NCBI GenBank assembly: GCA_963773065.1
Contig: CAVYZN010000008.1
Span: forward strand, 96,001 to 160,000
Source of the DNA: an uncultured Gammaproteobacteria bacterium
GTDB taxonomy: Bacteria > Pseudomonadota > Gammaproteobacteria > UBA9214
Direction: 5' to 3'
Length of the DNA stretch: 64,000 nt
The notes under the pieces were generated by a model. It saw only the letters and a list, made by a program, of their open reading frames with translations. It was not told the origin of the DNA and did no database searches. Of the stretch, positions 49,620 through 62,092 are shown piece by piece. The number at the start of each line of letters is the position of its first letter. The stretch's first letter is position 1. A program made the translations under genes and the position numbers.

Positions 49620-49973
49620 CTAGAACTCGAGGCCATGCGCGCGCGCGGCATCGGCCAACGCCTTGACACGGCCATGGTATTTGAATCCGGAGCGGTCAAA
49701 CGCAACCCGGGTGATGCCGGCGGCCTTGGCGCGCTCGGCGATCACCCTGCCGACCACGGCAGCGGCCGCGGTGCCGCCGGTGGTGGTGACGTCCTTGCGG
49801 ACATCGCCATCCAAGGTCGAGGCGCTCGCCATGACCTGATTGCCTTGCGGCGAAATGACCTGCGCATAAATATGTCGCGGGGTGCGGTGCACGCACAGGC
49901 GGATGGCGCCCAGTTCCCTGATGTGGGTGCGGGCGCGCTTGGCGCGGCGCAGACGTGTTGTTTTCTTGTCCAT
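49620..49973 (-). CDS. rplR: 50S ribosomal protein L18
   Basis: [27 protein letters not shown]. Confidence 0.99.
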   Translation of the reverse strand: MDKKTTRLRRAKRARTHIRELGAIRLCVHRTPRHIYAQVISPQGNQVMASASTLDGDVRKDVTTTGGTAAAAVVGRVIAERAKAAGITRVAFDRSGFKYHGRVKALADAARAHGLEF

Positions 49974-49981
49974 ATCGTTGC

Positions 49982-50515
49982 CTATTTCTTCTTGGCTTCC
50001 TTCCGAACCACGACCTCGTCGGAATAGCGTACGCCTTTACCCTTGTAGGGCTCGGGTGGCCGGAAGGCGCGGATCTCCGCCGCCACCTGGCCCACCTGTT
50101 GCTTATCGTTGCCTTTCAGCAGGATTTCGGTCTGGCTCGGAGTCTCGGCCGTGACGCCCTCGGGCAAGTGGTAATCGATCGGGTGGGAGTAACCCAGCGT
50201 CAGGTTGAGCATTTTGCCCTTGGCCTGCGCACGGTAGCCCACGCCGATCAGTTCCAGCTTTTTCTCAAACCCCTTGCTGACGCCCAAGATCAAGTTGTGC
50301 ACCAGCGCACGGGTGGTTCCCGACAGCGCATTGGCCAGCTTGGAAGTCCCGCGGGGGTTGAATGTCAGCTCCTGGTCGCCGAGATTCACTTCCACCAGGT
50401 CGTGAATGCGGTGCGAGAGCGTCCCCTTCGGACCCTTCACCGTCAGCAGCCGCCCGGCTTCCCTGACCTCCACGGATGCGGGTACGGCTACCGGTTTTTT
50501 GCCAATTCGTGACAT
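49982..50515 (-). CDS. rplF: 50S ribosomal protein L6
   Basis: [21 protein letters not shown]. Confidence 0.99.
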   Translation of the reverse strand: MSRIGKKPVAVPASVEVREAGRLLTVKGPKGTLSHRIHDLVEVNLGDQELTFNPRGTSKLANALSGTTRALVHNLILGVSKGFEKKLELIGVGYRAQAKGKMLNLTLGYSHPIDYHLPEGVTAETPSQTEILLKGNDKQQVGQVAAEIRAFRPPEPYKGKGVRYSDEVVVRKEAKKK

Positions 50516-50528
50516 CTCGCTTCCCCGA

Positions 50529-50921
50529 TCAACTGACTACGCAGAGAACCTCGCCGCCTTCACCGGCGGCTCGCGCCTGACGATCGCTCATCACGCCACG
50601 CGAGGTTGATACGATGGCCACTCCGAGTCCATTCTGGACCCTGGGCAGGCCATCCTTGCCCTTGTAGACCCGCAGGCCGGGCCGGCTGGTGCGATCGATC
50701 CGGTCGATGACCGGCCTGCCGTTGTGATACTTCAGGGTAATCGTGAGAACGCTCCTGCCAGCGGCTGCCTCGGCGGTATAGTCCGTGATATAGCCTTCGT
50801 CCCTGAGCACCTGCGCGATGGCGCATTTCAGACTCGAGGAAGGCATGGATACCCGGACCTTGCTGGCGGATTGCCCGTTACGAATACGGGTCAGCATATC
50901 GGCTATGGGATCAGTCATCAT
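50529..50921 (-). CDS. rpsH: 30S ribosomal protein S8
   Basis: [27 protein letters not shown]. Confidence 0.99.
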   Translation of the reverse strand: MMTDPIADMLTRIRNGQSASKVRVSMPSSSLKCAIAQVLRDEGYITDYTAEAAAGRSVLTITLKYHNGRPVIDRIDRTSRPGLRVYKGKDGLPRVQNGLGVAIVSTSRGVMSDRQARAAGEGGEVLCVVS

Positions 50922-50927
50922 GATGGT

Positions 50928-51233
50928 TCACCAACTCGCCTTGACCAGACCGGGGACGTCGCCGCGCATGGCGGCCTCGCGCAGCTTGTTTCTCGCCAGT
51001 CCGAACTTGCGGTAGTAGCCGTGCGGGCGTCCCGTGATACGGCAGCGGTTGCGCTTACGGGTCGGGCTGGCGTCGCGCGGCAGTTCCCGCAGCTTGAGCT
51101 GCGCCGCATCGCGTTCCTCATCCGAACTCTTGGGATTCTTGATGATGGCCTTCAACCCGGTGCGCTTGGCGGCATACCGTTTTACGGTACGCGCGCGTTT
51201 GTCTTCGCGGGCAATCATGGAATTCTTCGCCAT
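50928..51233 (-). CDS. rpsN: 30S ribosomal protein S14 (long form)
   Basis: [29 protein letters not shown]. Confidence 0.99.
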   Translation of the reverse strand: MAKNSMIAREDKRARTVKRYAAKRTGLKAIIKNPKSSDEERDAAQLKLRELPRDASPTRKRNRCRITGRPHGYYRKFGLARNKLREAAMRGDVPGLVKASW

Positions 51234-51242
51234 GGTCCTACC

Positions 51243-51782
51243 TCAGGTCCTGAACGGAAAGTTGAACGCCGAGAGCAGTGCCTGGCCTTCCTGGTCCGTT
51301 TTCGCAGTTGTCGTAAACGTGATATCGAGTCCACGCAGGGTGTCGATCTTGTCGTAATCGATCTCCGGGAAAATGATCTGCTCGCGCACGCCCATGTTGT
51401 AATTGCCGCGCCCATCGAATGACCTGGGGTTCATGCCGCGAAAGTCGCGGATACGCGGTATGGCGATGCTGATCAACCGGTCGAGAAACTCATACATGCG
51501 CTCGCGCCGCAGGGTCACCTTGCAGCCGATGGGCCAGCCTTCGCGCACCTTGAAACCCGCGATCGAATTGCGCGCCAGGGTGACCACCGGCTTCTGGCCG
51601 GCGATCTTGGTCATGTCCGCGACCGCGTTGTCTATCACCTTGCGGTCACCGACAGCCTCGCCCACGCCCATGTTGAGCGTGATCTTGGTGATACGCGGAA
51701 CCTCCATGGCGTTCTTGTAGTCAAACTGCTCCCGGAGCTGTTTGACCACGGTGTCGCGATAATAATCCTGCAGCCTGGCCAT
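51243..51782 (-). CDS. rplE: 50S ribosomal protein L5
   Basis: [30 protein letters not shown]. Confidence 0.99.
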   Translation of the reverse strand: MARLQDYYRDTVVKQLREQFDYKNAMEVPRITKITLNMGVGEAVGDRKVIDNAVADMTKIAGQKPVVTLARNSIAGFKVREGWPIGCKVTLRRERMYEFLDRLISIAIPRIRDFRGMNPRSFDGRGNYNMGVREQIIFPEIDYDKIDTLRGLDITFTTTAKTDQEGQALLSAFNFPFRT

Positions 51783-51798
51783 ATCCTCATTCCATCAA

Positions 51799-52116
51799 TC
51801 AGATGTCCACCACTTCGCTGGTGGACTTGAAATAACGCACCTTGCGACCGTCTTCCAGGATCCTGAACCCGACGCGGTCACCCTTGCTGGTTTGCGGGTT
51901 GTAGAGCATGACATTGGAAGGATCGATGGGCATTTCCTTCTCGATGATGCCGCCCGGCACTCCCCGCCCCGGATTCGGTTTGGTGTGCCGCTTGACCATG
52001 TTGATGTCGGAGACCACGAAGCGGCCGTCCGGCATGACGCGCATGACACTGCCGCGCTTGCCCTTGTCCTTGCCCGCGATTACCACGACTTCGTCACCCT
52101 TTCTGATTCTGCGCAT
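51799..52116 (-). CDS. rplX: 50S ribosomal protein L24
   Basis: KOW motif [23 protein letters not shown]. Confidence 0.99.
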   Translation of the reverse strand: MRRIRKGDEVVVIAGKDKGKRGSVMRVMPDGRFVVSDINMVKRHTKPNPGRGVPGGIIEKEMPIDPSNVMLYNPQTSKGDRVGFRILEDGRKVRYFKSTSEVVDI

Positions 52117-52125
52117 GGTCCTGTC

Positions 52126-52494
52126 CTACAGTACTTCCGGCGCCAGCGAGATGATCTTCATGAAGCGCTCGCTGCGCAGCTCCCGCGTCACCGGGCCAAA
52201 GATACGGGTACCGATCGGTTGCAACTGGTTGTTCAGCAGCACCGCGGCGTTGCCATCGAAGCGGATCAGCGAGCCGTCCTGGCGGCGCACGCCCTTGCGG
52301 GTGCGCACCACGACCGCGTTATAGACTTCACCCTTCTTGACCTTGCCGCGCGGTATGGCTTCCTTCACGCTGACCTTGATGATGTCGCCGATGCGGGCAT
52401 AACGCCGGTGGGAGCCGCCCAACACCTTGATGCACATCAGACGGCGGGCTCCGCTGTTGTCGGCAACATCCAGTATTGATTGCATCTGTATCAT
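52126..52494 (-). CDS. rplN: 50S ribosomal protein L14
   Basis: [28 protein letters not shown]. Confidence 0.99.
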   Translation of the reverse strand: MIQMQSILDVADNSGARRLMCIKVLGGSHRRYARIGDIIKVSVKEAIPRGKVKKGEVYNAVVVRTRKGVRRQDGSLIRFDGNAAVLLNNQLQPIGTRIFGPVTRELRSERFMKIISLAPEVL

Positions 52495-52539
52495 GCTTGC
52501 ATTCCGTCCGTAGGGTTCCCGCCGCCGGGCAACGCCTGG

Positions 52540-52800
52540 TTATTCGCCGCGTTCGATGATTTCAACCAGCCGCCAGGCCTTGGTTTTCGAAATCGGACGG
52601 CACTGTTCTATCGCCACCGTATCGCCTTCCCGGCAGGCATTCTGCTCGTCATGCACGTGCAGCTTGGACGAGCGGCGTATGTACTTCCCGTAGATGGGAT
52701 GCTTGACCTTGCGCTCTATCAGCACGGTGACCGTTTTGTCCATCTTGTTGCTGACGACCCTGCCGGTGACGGTACGCGTTACTTCCGTAGTCTCGCTCAT
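52540..52800 (-). CDS. rpsQ: 30S ribosomal protein S17
   Basis: [27 protein letters not shown]. Confidence 0.99.
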   Translation of the reverse strand: MSETTEVTRTVTGRVVSNKMDKTVTVLIERKVKHPIYGKYIRRSSKLHVHDEQNACREGDTVAIEQCRPISKTKAWRLVEIIERGE

Positions 52801-53000
52801 GATGCCTCACTCGCCCTGATCTTCTCGTTGATCACCGTATTGATCCGTGCGATATCCTTGCGCACCTTGCCCATCTGGTCCGGACGCGACAACTGCCCGG
52901 TGCCGCGCTGCATGTAGAGGTTGAACCTCTCGCGCAGCAGGTTATACAGTTCCATCCGCAGTTCACTGACCGACTTGTTGCGTAGCTCCGCCGCATTCAT
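52797..53000 (-). CDS. rpmC: 50S ribosomal protein L29
   Basis: [21 protein letters not shown]; TGATG overlap with rplP. Confidence 0.97.
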   Translation of the reverse strand: MNAAELRNKSVSELRMELYNLLRERFNLYMQRGTGQLSRPDQMGKVRKDIARINTVINEKIRASEAS

Positions 53001-53413
53001 CACATCACCGTCCGCGTCACGAAAGTTGTCTTGAACGGCAGCTTGGCGGCCGCCAGCCTGAATGCCTCACGGGCGATTTCCTCCGAGACGCCGTCAATCT
53101 CGTACAGCACGCGGCCCGGCTGGATCTTCGCGATCCAGTACTCCACGTTGCCCTTGCCCTTGCCCATGCGCACCTCAATGGGCTTCTTCGTGATCGGCAC
53201 ATCCGGGAACACGCGTATCCAGAGTTTGCCGCCGCGCTTGACGTGGCGCGAGATCGCCCGGCGCGCCGCCTCGATCTGGCGCGCCGTCATGCGCCCGCGC
53301 GCCGTGGCCTTGAGCGCGTATTCGCCGAAACTGACCTTGTTGCCGCGCAGGGCATAACCGCGGTTATGTCCCGTCTGCTGTTTTCGGAATTTGGTTCTCT
53401 TGGGCTGTAACAT
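53000..53413 (-). CDS. rplP: 50S ribosomal protein L16
   Basis: [20 protein letters not shown]. Confidence 0.99.
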   Translation of the reverse strand: MLQPKRTKFRKQQTGHNRGYALRGNKVSFGEYALKATARGRMTARQIEAARRAISRHVKRGGKLWIRVFPDVPITKKPIEVRMGKGKGNVEYWIAKIQPGRVLYEIDGVSEEIAREAFRLAAAKLPFKTTFVTRTVM

Positions 53414-53428
53414 GGATGCACTCCGTTA

Positions 53429-54103
53429 TCAGGATGTCGTCTGGCGGGCGGGTTCCGCCTCTGCCTCCGCGCCCTGGTCGAACACCTCGCCCTTGAAGAT
53501 CCACACCTTGACGCCGATCTTGCCGTAGGTGGTATTGGCCTCAGCCACGCCGTAATCGATGTCCGCGCGCAGCGTATGCAGCGGCACGCGCCCTTCCCGG
53601 TACCATTCGGTGCGGGCGATCTCCGCGCCGTTCAGGCGTCCCCCGACGTTGATCTTGATGCCCTCGGCGCCGATGCGCATGGCGTTGCTGACCGCCCGCT
53701 TCATGGCGCGGCGGAACATGATGCGCCGTTCCAACTGCTGGGCGACGCTTTCCGCCACCAGGTAGGCATCCAGTTCCGGCTTGCGTATCTCCTCGACGTT
53801 GATATTGACCGGGATGCCCATGCGCGCGGACACCTCCTTGCGCAGACGGTCGATATCCTCACCCTTCTTGCCGATCACGATGCCGGGGCGGGCCGTGTGT
53901 ATCGTGATCAGGGCGTTGTGCGCCGGGCGGGAAATCTGCACGCGAGACACGGATGCCTGGGCAAGGCGCTTCTTGATGAAGTCGCGGATCTCCAGATCCA
54001 TATTGAGGTAGTCGGCATAATGTCTCGAATCGGCATACCACGTGGACGTCCAGTCCTTGACGATGCCGAGCCTGATGCCTGTTGGATGTACTTTATGACC
54101 CAT
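53429..54103 (-). CDS. rpsC: 30S ribosomal protein S3
   Basis: [27 protein letters not shown]. Confidence 0.99.
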   Translation of the reverse strand: MGHKVHPTGIRLGIVKDWTSTWYADSRHYADYLNMDLEIRDFIKKRLAQASVSRVQISRPAHNALITIHTARPGIVIGKKGEDIDRLRKEVSARMGIPVNINVEEIRKPELDAYLVAESVAQQLERRIMFRRAMKRAVSNAMRIGAEGIKINVGGRLNGAEIARTEWYREGRVPLHTLRADIDYGVAEANTTYGKIGVKVWIFKGEVFDQGAEAEAEPARQTTS

Positions 54104-54131
54104 GCCGCTATACGCCTCTACCTGTTTGAAT

Positions 54132-54464
54132 TCACTTGTCGCCCACCGTTACGGTGATATGGCTGTTGCGTTTCAGTATCCGGTTGCCGCGGCCCTTGGC
54201 GCGCGCCTGGAAGCGCTTCAGCATCCGGCCCTGGTCGACATACACCGAGGCCACCCGGAGTTCGTCGATATCCGCGCCTTCATTGTGTTCCGCGTTGGCG
54301 ATGGCGGACTCCAGCACCTTGCGCACCATGGCGGCGGCCTTCTTCGGGCTGAAGGTCAACACGTTCAATGCCTTTTCAACCGGCAGACCGCGTATCTGGT
54401 CGGCCACCAGCCGGCATTTCTGCGGCGCAATCCGTGCATGCTTCAATGTCGCACTGACCTGCAT
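54132..54464 (-). CDS. rplV: 50S ribosomal protein L22
   Basis: [24 protein letters not shown]. Confidence 0.99.
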   Translation of the reverse strand: MQVSATLKHARIAPQKCRLVADQIRGLPVEKALNVLTFSPKKAAAMVRKVLESAIANAEHNEGADIDELRVASVYVDQGRMLKRFQARAKGRGNRILKRNSHITVTVGDK

Positions 54465-54476
54465 TTCTCTATCCCC

Positions 54477-54749
54477 TTACTTCGCCTTCCTGTCGGCCGC
54501 ATGACCCTTGAAGGTCCGCGTCAGGGCGAACTCGCCCAGCTTGTGTCCGACCATGTTCTCGTTGATGAGGACCGGCACATGCTGGCGCCCGTTGTGCACG
54601 GCGATCGTCAGCCCCACCATGTCCGGTATGACCATGGAGCGCCGCGACCAGGTCTTGATCGGCCGCTTGCTGTTTTCCGCGACCGCCTTATCCACCTTCC
54701 TCAGGAGATGGGTATCAATGAACGGTCCTTTTCTAATCGAGCGTGGCAC
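54477..54749 (-). CDS. rpsS: 30S ribosomal protein S19
   Basis: [18 protein letters not shown]. Confidence 0.99.
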   Translation of the reverse strand: MPRSIRKGPFIDTHLLRKVDKAVAENSKRPIKTWSRRSMVIPDMVGLTIAVHNGRQHVPVLINENMVGHKLGEFALTRTFKGHAADRKAK

Positions 54750-54767
54750 GGTTGCTGATCCTCGTAA

Positions 54768-55595
<828 letters not shown>

Positions 55596-55634
55596 ATCTT
55601 GAACCTTTGCGTCGAGCCGCCAACGGCGGCCGGC

Positions 55635-55931
55635 TTACTCATTCCCCATGAAATCGATGTCATGCCCTTCGGCCAGGGTTACATAGGCCTTTTTCCAGTT
55701 CACGCGCCTGCCCAGCGTCTGGCCGAAGCGCTTGGTCTTGCCGTGCACGCTGGAAACCTGCACGCCCTGCACCTTGACATCGAACATCAGCTCCACCGCC
55801 TGGCGTATCTCCGGCTTGCTCGCGCACGGCAGCACCTTGAACACGTACTGGCGATTGGCGTCGGCGACGCGCGAGCTCTTCTCCGAAACCACCGGGGCCA
55901 GCAGCACCTTCATCAAACGTTCCTGGTTCAT
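55635..55931 (-). CDS. rplW: 50S ribosomal protein L23
   Basis: [15 protein letters not shown]. Confidence 0.99.
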   Translation of the reverse strand: MNQERLMKVLLAPVVSEKSSRVADANRQYVFKVLPCASKPEIRQAVELMFDVKVQGVQVSSVHGKTKRFGQTLGRRVNWKKAYVTLAEGHDIDFMGNE

Positions 55932-56536
55932 GCCAGACGCTCCTCTATCTGCCTGAGCGCGGCTGCCGTAACCACGATCTTGTCAAAACCGACCAGGCTG
56001 ACGGGATCGACAGCCGCTGCCTCGCACACGGCGACATCCGGCAGGTTGCGCGCCGCGAGGTACAGCCTGTCATCCGGCGCATCGGTCACGATCAGCGCAT
56101 TGCCGAGCCCCAGTTGCTTCAGCTTGCCGGCCAGCTCCCGGGTCTTGGGCGCCTCGAGCGCGAATGAGCCGACCACGATCAGGCGCTCCTGGCGGACCAG
56201 CTCGGACAGGATGGAACGCATGGCGAGGCGGTACATCTTGCGGTTGATCTTCTGCGTATAGTCGCGCGGGCGAGCCGCGAAGATCTTGCCGCCGGTGCGC
56301 CACAGCGGGCTGCGCGAGGTGCCGGCGCGCGCCCGGCCGGTGCCCTTCTGCCGCCAGGGCTTGCTGCCGCCGCCGCTCACTTCGCCGCGGGTTTTCTGCT
56401 TGGCGGTGCCGGCGCGCACGCCGGCGAGACAGGCCGTCACCACCTGGTGCACCAGGGACTCGCGGAAGTCCTGCGCGAAGGTGTCGTCCGACACCTGCAC
56501 CGACCCCGATCCACCGCCATGCAACTGCAATTCCAT
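55928..56536 (-). CDS. rplD: 50S ribosomal protein L4
   Basis: [22 protein letters not shown]. Confidence 0.99.
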   Translation of the reverse strand: MELQLHGGGSGSVQVSDDTFAQDFRESLVHQVVTACLAGVRAGTAKQKTRGEVSGGGSKPWRQKGTGRARAGTSRSPLWRTGGKIFAARPRDYTQKINRKMYRLAMRSILSELVRQERLIVVGSFALEAPKTRELAGKLKQLGLGNALIVTDAPDDRLYLAARNLPDVAVCEAAAVDPVSLVGFDKIVVTAAALRQIEERLA

Positions 56537-56546
56537 GATGCCGCTC

Positions 56547-57188
56547 CTAGCCTGCCTTCACTGCCGGACGTATGATGACGTCACCACCCTGCGCACCCGG
56601 GATCGCGCCCTTGACCAGCAGGAGGTTGCGCTCGGTGTCGACGCGCACGATTTCGAGATTCTGGATGCTGCGCCGCACGTCGCCCATGTGGCCGGACATC
56701 TTCTTGCCCTTGACGACGCGACCCGGGGTCTGGTTCTGGCCGATGGAACCCGGGGCGCGGTGCGACAGCGAGTTGCCATGCGTGGCGTCCTGCATGCTGA
56801 AGTGGTGGCGTTTGACCGTGCCGGCAAAACCCTTGCCGATGACGGTTCCGCAGACATCCACGCTCTGGCCCGCCTGGAAGCGATCGACCCTGAGCTCGCT
56901 GCCCACCCCGATGCCGTCGCCTTCCCCCTCATCGAGACGGAACTCCCACAGGCCCCGGCCGGCCTCGGTACCGGCCTTGGCGTAATGGCCGGCCATGGGC
57001 CGGGTCACGCGCGTGGCGCGGCGGGCGCCGGCGGTCACCTGCAGGGCGCGGTAACCGTCGGATTCAACCGTCTTGACCTGGGTGACGCGGTTCGGCTCGA
57101 CCGCGATCACGGTCACGGGCACGGAAACGCCGTCATCGGTGAAGATGCGCGTCATGCCTGCTTTGCGTCCAACTATTCCGATCGTCAT
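56547..57188 (-). CDS. rplC: 50S ribosomal protein L3
   Basis: [26 protein letters not shown]. Confidence 0.99.
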   Translation of the reverse strand: MTIGIVGRKAGMTRIFTDDGVSVPVTVIAVEPNRVTQVKTVESDGYRALQVTAGARRATRVTRPMAGHYAKAGTEAGRGLWEFRLDEGEGDGIGVGSELRVDRFQAGQSVDVCGTVIGKGFAGTVKRHHFSMQDATHGNSLSHRAPGSIGQNQTPGRVVKGKKMSGHMGDVRRSIQNLEIVRVDTERNLLLVKGAIPGAQGGDVIIRPAVKAG

Positions 57189-57218
57189 TTCAATTATCCC
57201 GCCGTGTACGGACCCCGA

Positions 57219-57530
57219 TCAGTTCAGCCGGATCTGGACATCGACGCCGGCCGCCAGATCCAGCTTCATCAGGGCGTCCACCGTCTTGTCCGTGGGGTCA
57301 ACGATATCCATCAAACGCTTGTGGGTCCGAATCTCGTACTGATCGCGCGCATCCTTGTCGACGTGCGGTGAAATCAGGATGGTGAAGCGCTCCTTCTTGG
57401 TGGGCAGGGGGATCGGGCCCCGCACCTGCGCACCGGTGCGCTTCGCCGTCTCGACGATTTCGGCCGCCGACTTGTCGATCAGCCGGTGGTCAAATGCCTT
57501 GAGGCGTATGCGGATTCTCTGGTTGCTCAT
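57219..57530 (-). CDS. rpsJ: 30S ribosomal protein S10
   Basis: [31 protein letters not shown]. Confidence 0.99.
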   Translation of the reverse strand: MSNQRIRIRLKAFDHRLIDKSAAEIVETAKRTGAQVRGPIPLPTKKERFTILISPHVDKDARDQYEIRTHKRLMDIVDPTDKTVDALMKLDLAAGVDVQIRLN

Positions 57531-57576
57531 GTCACTTTTCCCGGGAACAGCGTTTCATTCTGTCCCCATTTAATTT

Positions 57577-57705
57577 GGTGAGAGGTAAGAAGTGAGAAGT
57601 GAAGTAAGAAGTGAGAAGATCAGCAGCATACCCGGGCAAACCGGGCGCCGCGCTTCACTCTTCACTCTTCACTTCTTACTCTTCACTTCTCACTTCTCAC
57701 TTTAC
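57577..57705. repeat. Two inverted arrays of tandem 7-nt repeats (AGTGAGA/AGTAAGA-type and TCTCACT/CTTCACT-type) around a short GC core
   Basis: Left arm ggtgaga-ggtaaga-agtgaga-agtga-agtaaga-agtgaga; right arm cttcact-cttcact-cttcact-tcttact-cttcact-tctcact-tctcact. Confidence 0.9.
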
Positions 57706-57708
57706 TGA

Positions 57709-58900
57709 TCACTCGACGATCTTCGCGACCACGCCGGCGCCGACGGTGCGCCCGCCCTCGCGGATGGCAAAGCGCAGGCCCTCTTCCATCGCAATCGGGG
57801 CAATCAGCGACACCGTCATCTTCACGTTGTCCCCCGGCATCACCATCTCCACGCCCTCCGGCAGATCGCACGCCCCCGTCACGTCCGTCGTGCGAAAATA
57901 AAACTGCGGCCGGTAACCATTGAAAAACGGCGTGTGCCGCCCGCCCTCCTCCTTGGAAAGCACGTACACCTCACTCTCAAACTTCGTGTGCGGCGTGATC
58001 GACCCCGGCTTCGCCAGCACCTGACCACGCTCCACTTCCTCGCGCTTGGTGCCGCGCAACAGCACACCCACGTTGTCGCCCGCCTGACCCTGGTCGAGCA
58101 GCTTGCGAAACATCTCCACACCCGTGCAGGTGGTCTTCAGCGTGTCCCGAATGCCCACGATCGCAATCTCATCGCCGACCTTCACCACACCACGCTCAAT
58201 ACGCCCCGTCACCACCGTGCCCCGGCCCGAGATCGAAAACACATCCTCCACCGGCATCAGAAAATCACCGTCCATCGCCCGCACCGGCTCCGGTATGTAC
58301 GCATCCATCGCCTCCACCAGCTTCACAATCGAGGGCACGCCAATCTCCGAGGCGTCCCCCTCCAGCGCCTTCAGCGCCGAACCCGTCACAATCGGCGTCG
58401 CATCACCCGGAAAATCATACTTGTCCAACAAGCTCCCGGATCTCCATCTCCACCAGCTCCAAAAGCTCCGCATCGTCCACCTGGTCCGCCTTGTTCATGT
58501 ACACCAGAATGTAGGGCACACCCACCTGACGCGAGAGCAAGATGTGCTCGCGCGTCTGCGGCATCGGACCGTCCGCCGCACTCACCACCAAAATCGCTCC
58601 GTCCATCTGCGCCGCACCCGTGATCATGTTCTTCACATAGTCCGCGTGCCCCGGACAGTCCACGTGCGCATAATGACGCTTCGCACTCTCGTACTCCACG
58701 TGCGCGGTGGCAATCGTAATCCCGCGCTCCCGCTCCTCCGGCGCATTGTCAATCTGGTCGTACGCCTTGAATACCCCTCCGTGCAGTTCCGCCATCACCT
58801 TCGTGATCGCCGCCGTCAACGTCGTCTTCCCATGATCCACGTGTCCTATCGTCCCCACGTTTACATGCGGCTTCGTTCGCTCGAATTTTTCCTTGGACAC
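57709..58900 (-). CDS. tuf: Elongation factor Tu (+1 frameshift near 58432, probable sequence error)
   Basis: [25 protein letters not shown] in ORF 58415..58900; rest through [10 protein letters not shown] in ORF 57709..58473; span 1192 = 3n+1. Confidence 0.98.
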
Positions 58901-58934
58901 GACTCTATACCTCGTTACTGTTCAGATGGTTTAA

Positions 58935-61034
<2,100 letters not shown>

Positions 61035-61068
61035 TGTCGCGTTCCTGTCTGGATAATTAGAATATCAA

Positions 61069-61539
61069 TTACCACCGGTAGTGCGCGAAAGCCTTGTTGG
61101 CCTCCGCCATGCGGTGGGTGTCTTCGCGTTTCTTCACGGCGGAGCCGCGATTCTCGGCGGCGTCCAGCAGCTCGCCGGCCAGCCGCAGCGGCATGGACTT
61201 CTCGCTGCGCTTGCGCGCGGCATCCAGCATCCAGCGCATGGCGAGCGTGGTGCGCCGGATCGAGCGCACCTCCACCGGGACCTGGTAGGTCGCGCCGCCG
61301 ACGCGGCGCGACTTGACCTCGACCATCGGGCGCACGTTATCGAGCGCCTTGTCCAGCACCTGGAGCGGATCGCTGTTTCCCTTGCCGGCTATCTGGCTCA
61401 GCGCGCCGTAGATGATGGTCTCCGCGACGGCTTTCTTTCCATCACGCATCACCATGTTGACGAACTTGGCCAGCATCTCGCTGCCGTATTTCGGATCCGG
61501 CAGTATCTCCCGCGCACCGATGACTCTTCTTCTGGACAT
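61069..61539 (-). CDS. rpsG: 30S ribosomal protein S7
   Basis: [24 protein letters not shown]. Confidence 0.99.
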   Translation of the reverse strand: MSRRRVIGAREILPDPKYGSEMLAKFVNMVMRDGKKAVAETIIYGALSQIAGKGNSDPLQVLDKALDNVRPMVEVKSRRVGGATYQVPVEVRSIRRTTLAMRWMLDAARKRSEKSMPLRLAGELLDAAENRGSAVKKREDTHRMAEANKAFAHYRW

Positions 61540-61576
61540 GCGTGATTCTCAACTGGCTGTGGTTATGACGTCGGTA

Positions 61577-61951
61577 TCAGGACTTGGGCCGCTTGGCGCC
61601 GTACTTGGAGCGGCCCTGACGGCGGTTCTGCACGCCGGAGGTGTCGAGGCTGCCGCGCACCGTGTGGTAGCGCACGCCCGGCAGGTCCTTGACGCGGCCG
61701 CCGCGGATCAGCACGACCGAGTGCTCCTGCAGGTTGTGCCCCTCACCGCCGATGTAGGTGGTCACCTCATAACCATTGGTCAGGCGCACGCGGGCCACCT
61801 TGCGCAGGGCCGAGTTCGGCTTCTTCGGCGTCGTGGTATAGACGCGGGTGCAGACACCGCGGCGCTGCGGGCAAGACTCCAGGGCCGGGACGCTGCTCTT
61901 CTCCCGCTTCCTGCTGCGCGGCTTGCGCACCAATTGATTGATTGTGGCCAT
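61577..61951 (-). CDS. rpsL: 30S ribosomal protein S12
   Basis: [25 protein letters not shown]. Confidence 0.99.
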   Translation of the reverse strand: MATINQLVRKPRSRKREKSSVPALESCPQRRGVCTRVYTTTPKKPNSALRKVARVRLTNGYEVTTYIGGEGHNLQEHSVVLIRGGRVKDLPGVRYHTVRGSLDTSGVQNRRQGRSKYGAKRPKS

Positions 61952-61996
61952 GCCAGAAACACCTTGAAAAATAAACCGGAAAAAACCGTAGTCCTG

Positions 61997-62032
61997 AAAA
62001 CAAACGACAGGCCGGAAAGGTCCGGCCTGTCG
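61997..62032 (-). other. GC hairpin with U-rich tail in the rpsL 5' region (leader or terminator-like)
   Basis: cgacaggccgga-cctt-tccggcctgtcg followed by tttgttttc on the minus strand. Confidence 0.6.
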
Positions 62033-62043
62033 AGAGAAGCGGA

Positions 62044-62072
62044 ATTTTAGTGACAGGGCTAGGCCCTGTCAA
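62044..62072 (-). promoter_or_regulatory. Sigma70 promoter of the str operon
   Basis: TTGACA (62072-62067), 17-bp spacer, TAAAAT (62049-62044). Confidence 0.8.
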
Positions 62073-62092
62073 GAATGTTTTGCGGAATCCGC

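Noticed and set aside
57577-57705. CRISPR array
   Set aside because: Tandem 7-mers without unique spacers, arranged as an inverted pair; no cas genes.
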